DNA of 64,000 nt, taken from positions 372,001 to 436,000 of the forward strand of contig NIVC01000516.1 in NCBI GenBank assembly GCA_002269645.1, written 5' to 3'. Positions 61,015-64,000 of this stretch are shown piece after piece (within the stretch, counting starts at the first letter, position 1; the number at the start of each line of letters is the position of its first letter). The position numbers and the translations under genes are program-made. The notes under the pieces are model-generated. The model was not told the DNA's origin and did no database searches. It saw only the letters and a program-made list of their open reading frames with translations. This DNA comes from Macrostomum lignano (Eukaryota).

Positions 61015-62330
61015 CATTACTTCTTTCTGTCACACTTTCACGCTTCCTTCTTTCTGTCACACTTTCCCACTTCCTTATTTTGTCACACTTTCACGCTTCC
61101 TTCTTCTGTCACACTTTCACGCTTCCTTCTTCTGTCACACTTTCCCACTTCCTTATTTTGTCACACTTTCACGCTTCCTTCTTCTGTCACACTTTCACGC
61201 TTCCTTCTTCTGTCACACTTTCACGCTTCCTTCTTTCTGTCACACTTTCACGCTTCCTTCTTTCTGTCACACTTTCACGCTTCCTTCTTTCACACGCTTC
61301 CTTCTTCTGTCACACTTTCACACTTCCTTCTTTCACACGCTTCCTTCTTCTGTCACACTTTCCCGCTTCCTTCTTTCACACGCTTCCTTCTTCTGTCACA
61401 CTTTCAAGCTTCCTTCTGTCACACGCTTCCTTCTTTCTGTCACACTTTCCCACTTCCTTATTTTGTCACACTTTCACGCTTCCTTCTTTCACACGCTTCC
61501 TTCTTCTGTCACACTTTCACACTTCCTTCTTTCACACGCTTCCTTCTTCTGTCACACTTTCCCGCTTCCTTCTTTCACACGCTTCCTTCTTCTGTCACAC
61601 TTTCAAGCTTCCTTCTGTCACACGCTTCCTTCTTTCTGTCACACTTTCCCACTTCCTTATTTTGTCACACTTTCACGCTTCCTTCTTTTGTCACACTTTC
61701 ACACTTCCTTCTGTCACACTTTCACGCTTCCTTCTTCTGTCACACTTTCACGCTTCCTTCTTCTGTCACACTTTCACGCTTCCTTCTTTCACACGCTTCC
61801 GTCTTCTGTCACACGCTTCCTTCTTCTGTCACACGCTTCCTTCTTTCTGTCACACTTTCACGCTTCCTTCTTTCACACGCTTCCTTCTTCTGTCACACGC
61901 TTCCTTCTTCTGTCACACGCTTCCTTCTTCTGTCACACTTTCAAGCTTCCTTCTTTCACACGCTTCCTTCTTCTGTCACACTTTCACGCTTCCTTCTTCT
62001 GTCACACTTTCACGCTTCCTTCTTTCTGTCACACTTTCACGCTTCCTTCTTTCACACGCCTCCTTCTTCTGTCACACTTTCACGCTTCCTTCTTTCACAC
62101 GCTTCCTTCTTCTGTCACACTTTCACGCTTCCTTGTTCTGTCACACTTTCACGCTTCCTTCTTTCTGTCACACTTTCACGCTTCCTTCTTTCACACGCTT
62201 CCTTCTTCTGTCACACTTTCACGCTTCCTTCTTTCTGTCACACTTTCACGCTTCCTTCTTTCACACGCTTCCTTCTTCTGTCACACGCTTCCTTCTTCTG
62301 TCACACTTTCACGCTTCTTTCTTGTGTCAC
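61015..62330. repeat. ~26-bp pyrimidine-rich compound minisatellite
   Basis: Recurring tcacactttcacgcttccttcttctg and shortened variants. Confidence 0.96.
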
Positions 62331-62490
62331 AATTTCGCACACTATCTTTCTTGTTTTTTAGACTTATTTTTCTGCCACTTATTTATCTTTTGCTTCTGTC
62401 ACCAACTCCTCCGAGCTACGCGAGTTCATCCGTCACCCGTTCGCATCGCGCTTCCTTACGCCCCCTTCATTCTCGAATCCTTCCTTGCAG

Positions 62491-62708
62491 AACTGCAAAC
62501 AGGATGGGGCCGGCCCGGCCAACGAGGACCCCGACGCTGTCTTGCCAGCTGCCGACTCCGACTGTCGCGATGTCGCCGCGATCGCCCAGTCGTCCTACAC
62601 GATGGCCACCCTGGACTCGCTGGTGGAGCCGCGGGAGCACTGGCCGCACCACATGGACTTCATCCTTAGCTGCGTGGGATACGCGGTGGGCTTCGGCTCC
62701 ATCTGGAG
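62491..62708 (+). CDS. SLC6 (Na+/Cl--dependent neurotransmitter/amino-acid transporter) exon, N-terminus to TM1
   Basis: ccttgcag|...[27 protein letters not shown]|gtaaga. SLC6 signature RE.W...DF.LSC.GYAVG. Confidence 0.93.
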
Positions 62709-62729
62709 GTAAGACGAACTGGACAGGAC

Positions 62730-62845
62730 AGATAGACTAGCCAGACACAGACAGACAGACAGTCACACACAGACAGACAGACGACAGACACACACTAAGA
62801 CACTAAGACAGACAGATACTAAGGCAGACAGACAGACAGACACTA

Positions 62846-62881
<36 letters not shown>

Positions 62882-63300
62882 GGAAACTAAGACAGACAGA
62901 CAGACAGACATTAAGACACTAAGACAGACAGACAGACGGAAACTAAGACAGACACACAGACAGATAGAGAGATATCCAGACACAGACATACAGACACAGA
63001 CAGACAGACACACAGACACAGACAGACAGACACACAGACAGACAGAGAGATATCCAGACACAGACATACAGACACAGACAGACAGACACACAGACAGACA
63101 GAGAGATATCCAGACACAGACACACAGACACTAAGACAGACCGACAGACACTAAGACAGACAGACACTAAGACAGACAGAGAGATATCCAGACACAGACA
63201 AACAGACACTAAGACAGACAGACAGACACTAAGACAGACAGACAGACGCTAAGACAGACAGACAGACAGATAGACAGACAGACAGACCGACACACAGACA
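62730..63300. repeat. GACA-rich intronic array
   Basis: (gaca)n with cactaa and gagagatatcc variants. Confidence 0.95.
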
Positions 63301-63331
63301 AATAACAGTCATTCCACTCGCCTCCCCTCAG

Positions 63332-63450
63332 GTTTCCCTACCTGTGCTACAAGAACGGAGGCGGCGCATTCCTCATCCCCTACATTGTCTTCATGACAAT
63401 CTGTGGAGTGCCGCTGTTCTTTCTCGAACTGGCGATCGGACAATTTTCGG
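63332..63450 (+). CDS. SLC6 exon, TM1b-TM2; the gene continues past the window end
   Basis: cccctcag|[41 protein letters not shown]|gtgagc. Canonical SLC6 motif; phase 2 joins the previous exon. Confidence 0.96.
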
Positions 63451-63914
63451 GTGAGCAGCCGTCGAGGGGCCTCTCGGCGCTGTGGTTGTTTTTTCATTTT
63501 TAATAACTCTAATCCAATTCTAATTGATTTCGTCTGAGTAACTTTATCTAAACTTCTCAATCTAAACTCAATTAGCTGGACTTGCACTGTTCGCCGCTCC
63601 GCTCTCCCCTTATTCTTTCCATTTCGTCAGCCAATCACTATAAGTCTACTGTATTAAATGTACTTAGAGGGAACTGAGCAGAAGTGTACGTTTTTCATAT
63701 ATTTACATGCACATTGTTCTGCTCCCCGGATATTTTTAAAGCTTGTGTATTTTTTTCATATTTGATTTACTGTCATTCCTGTCGCTTCTTGCTTTCTCAA
63801 GTTCGAGATTTCCGACAACGTACTGAGTAGAGTTGTTTTACGAAGCAAGCAGAGACACGTGAGCAGCTTTGTTGTCTATTTATGAGTCCTCTCTTCGATT
63901 GTACGACTGTTTGT

Positions 63915-63934
63915 GTCTGTCTGTCTGTCTGTCC

Positions 63935-64000
<66 letters not shown>
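63915..64000. repeat. (TCTG)n microsatellite running off the window
   Basis: Direct reading of the sequence. Confidence 0.97.

Noticed and set aside
57529-62740. 458-582-aa L/S/F/H-rich ORFs
   Set aside because: Pyrimidine-rich repeats lack stop codons by composition.

Overview
This is eukaryotic (metazoan) genomic DNA, not prokaryotic. Coding exons carry GT-AG introns, and almost every intron is filled with its own minisatellite. That style resembles a flatworm such as Macrostomum, but the species is an inference. From left to right: (1) the end of a very homogeneous 177-bp satellite array (1-6432); (2) a roughly 14-exon FRMD4A/B-like FERM + coiled-coil gene (+, 10794-31975); (3) a convergent LIM-homeobox gene of Lhx2/9 type (-, 34789 to at least 39730); (4) an OXR1/NCOA7-like LysM-GRAM-TLDc gene (-, 45292 to at least 47883); (5) decayed RTE-type LINE fragments near 49.8-50.3 kb; (6) a single-ORF, divergent TRPV5/6-like channel (+, 51307-53190) bracketed by two copies of an (AGT)n + ~230-bp direct repeat; (7) the first exons of an SLC6 transporter (+, 62491-63450, running off the window). 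There are also tRNA-headed SINEs and about 30 tandem arrays. Nearly all long ORFs in the supplied track are artefacts of these repeats. I found no CRISPR array, rRNA or true tRNA, and no single unambiguous new 'system'. The best leads are the TRPV5/6-like ORF and its flanks, the SLC6 Na1-site Asn-to-Ser change, the coding minisatellite in the Lhx tail, the CENP-B-box-like motif in the satellite, and the wall-to-wall intronic minisatellite architecture. All homology calls come from remembered family motifs compared by eye; no database search was run.
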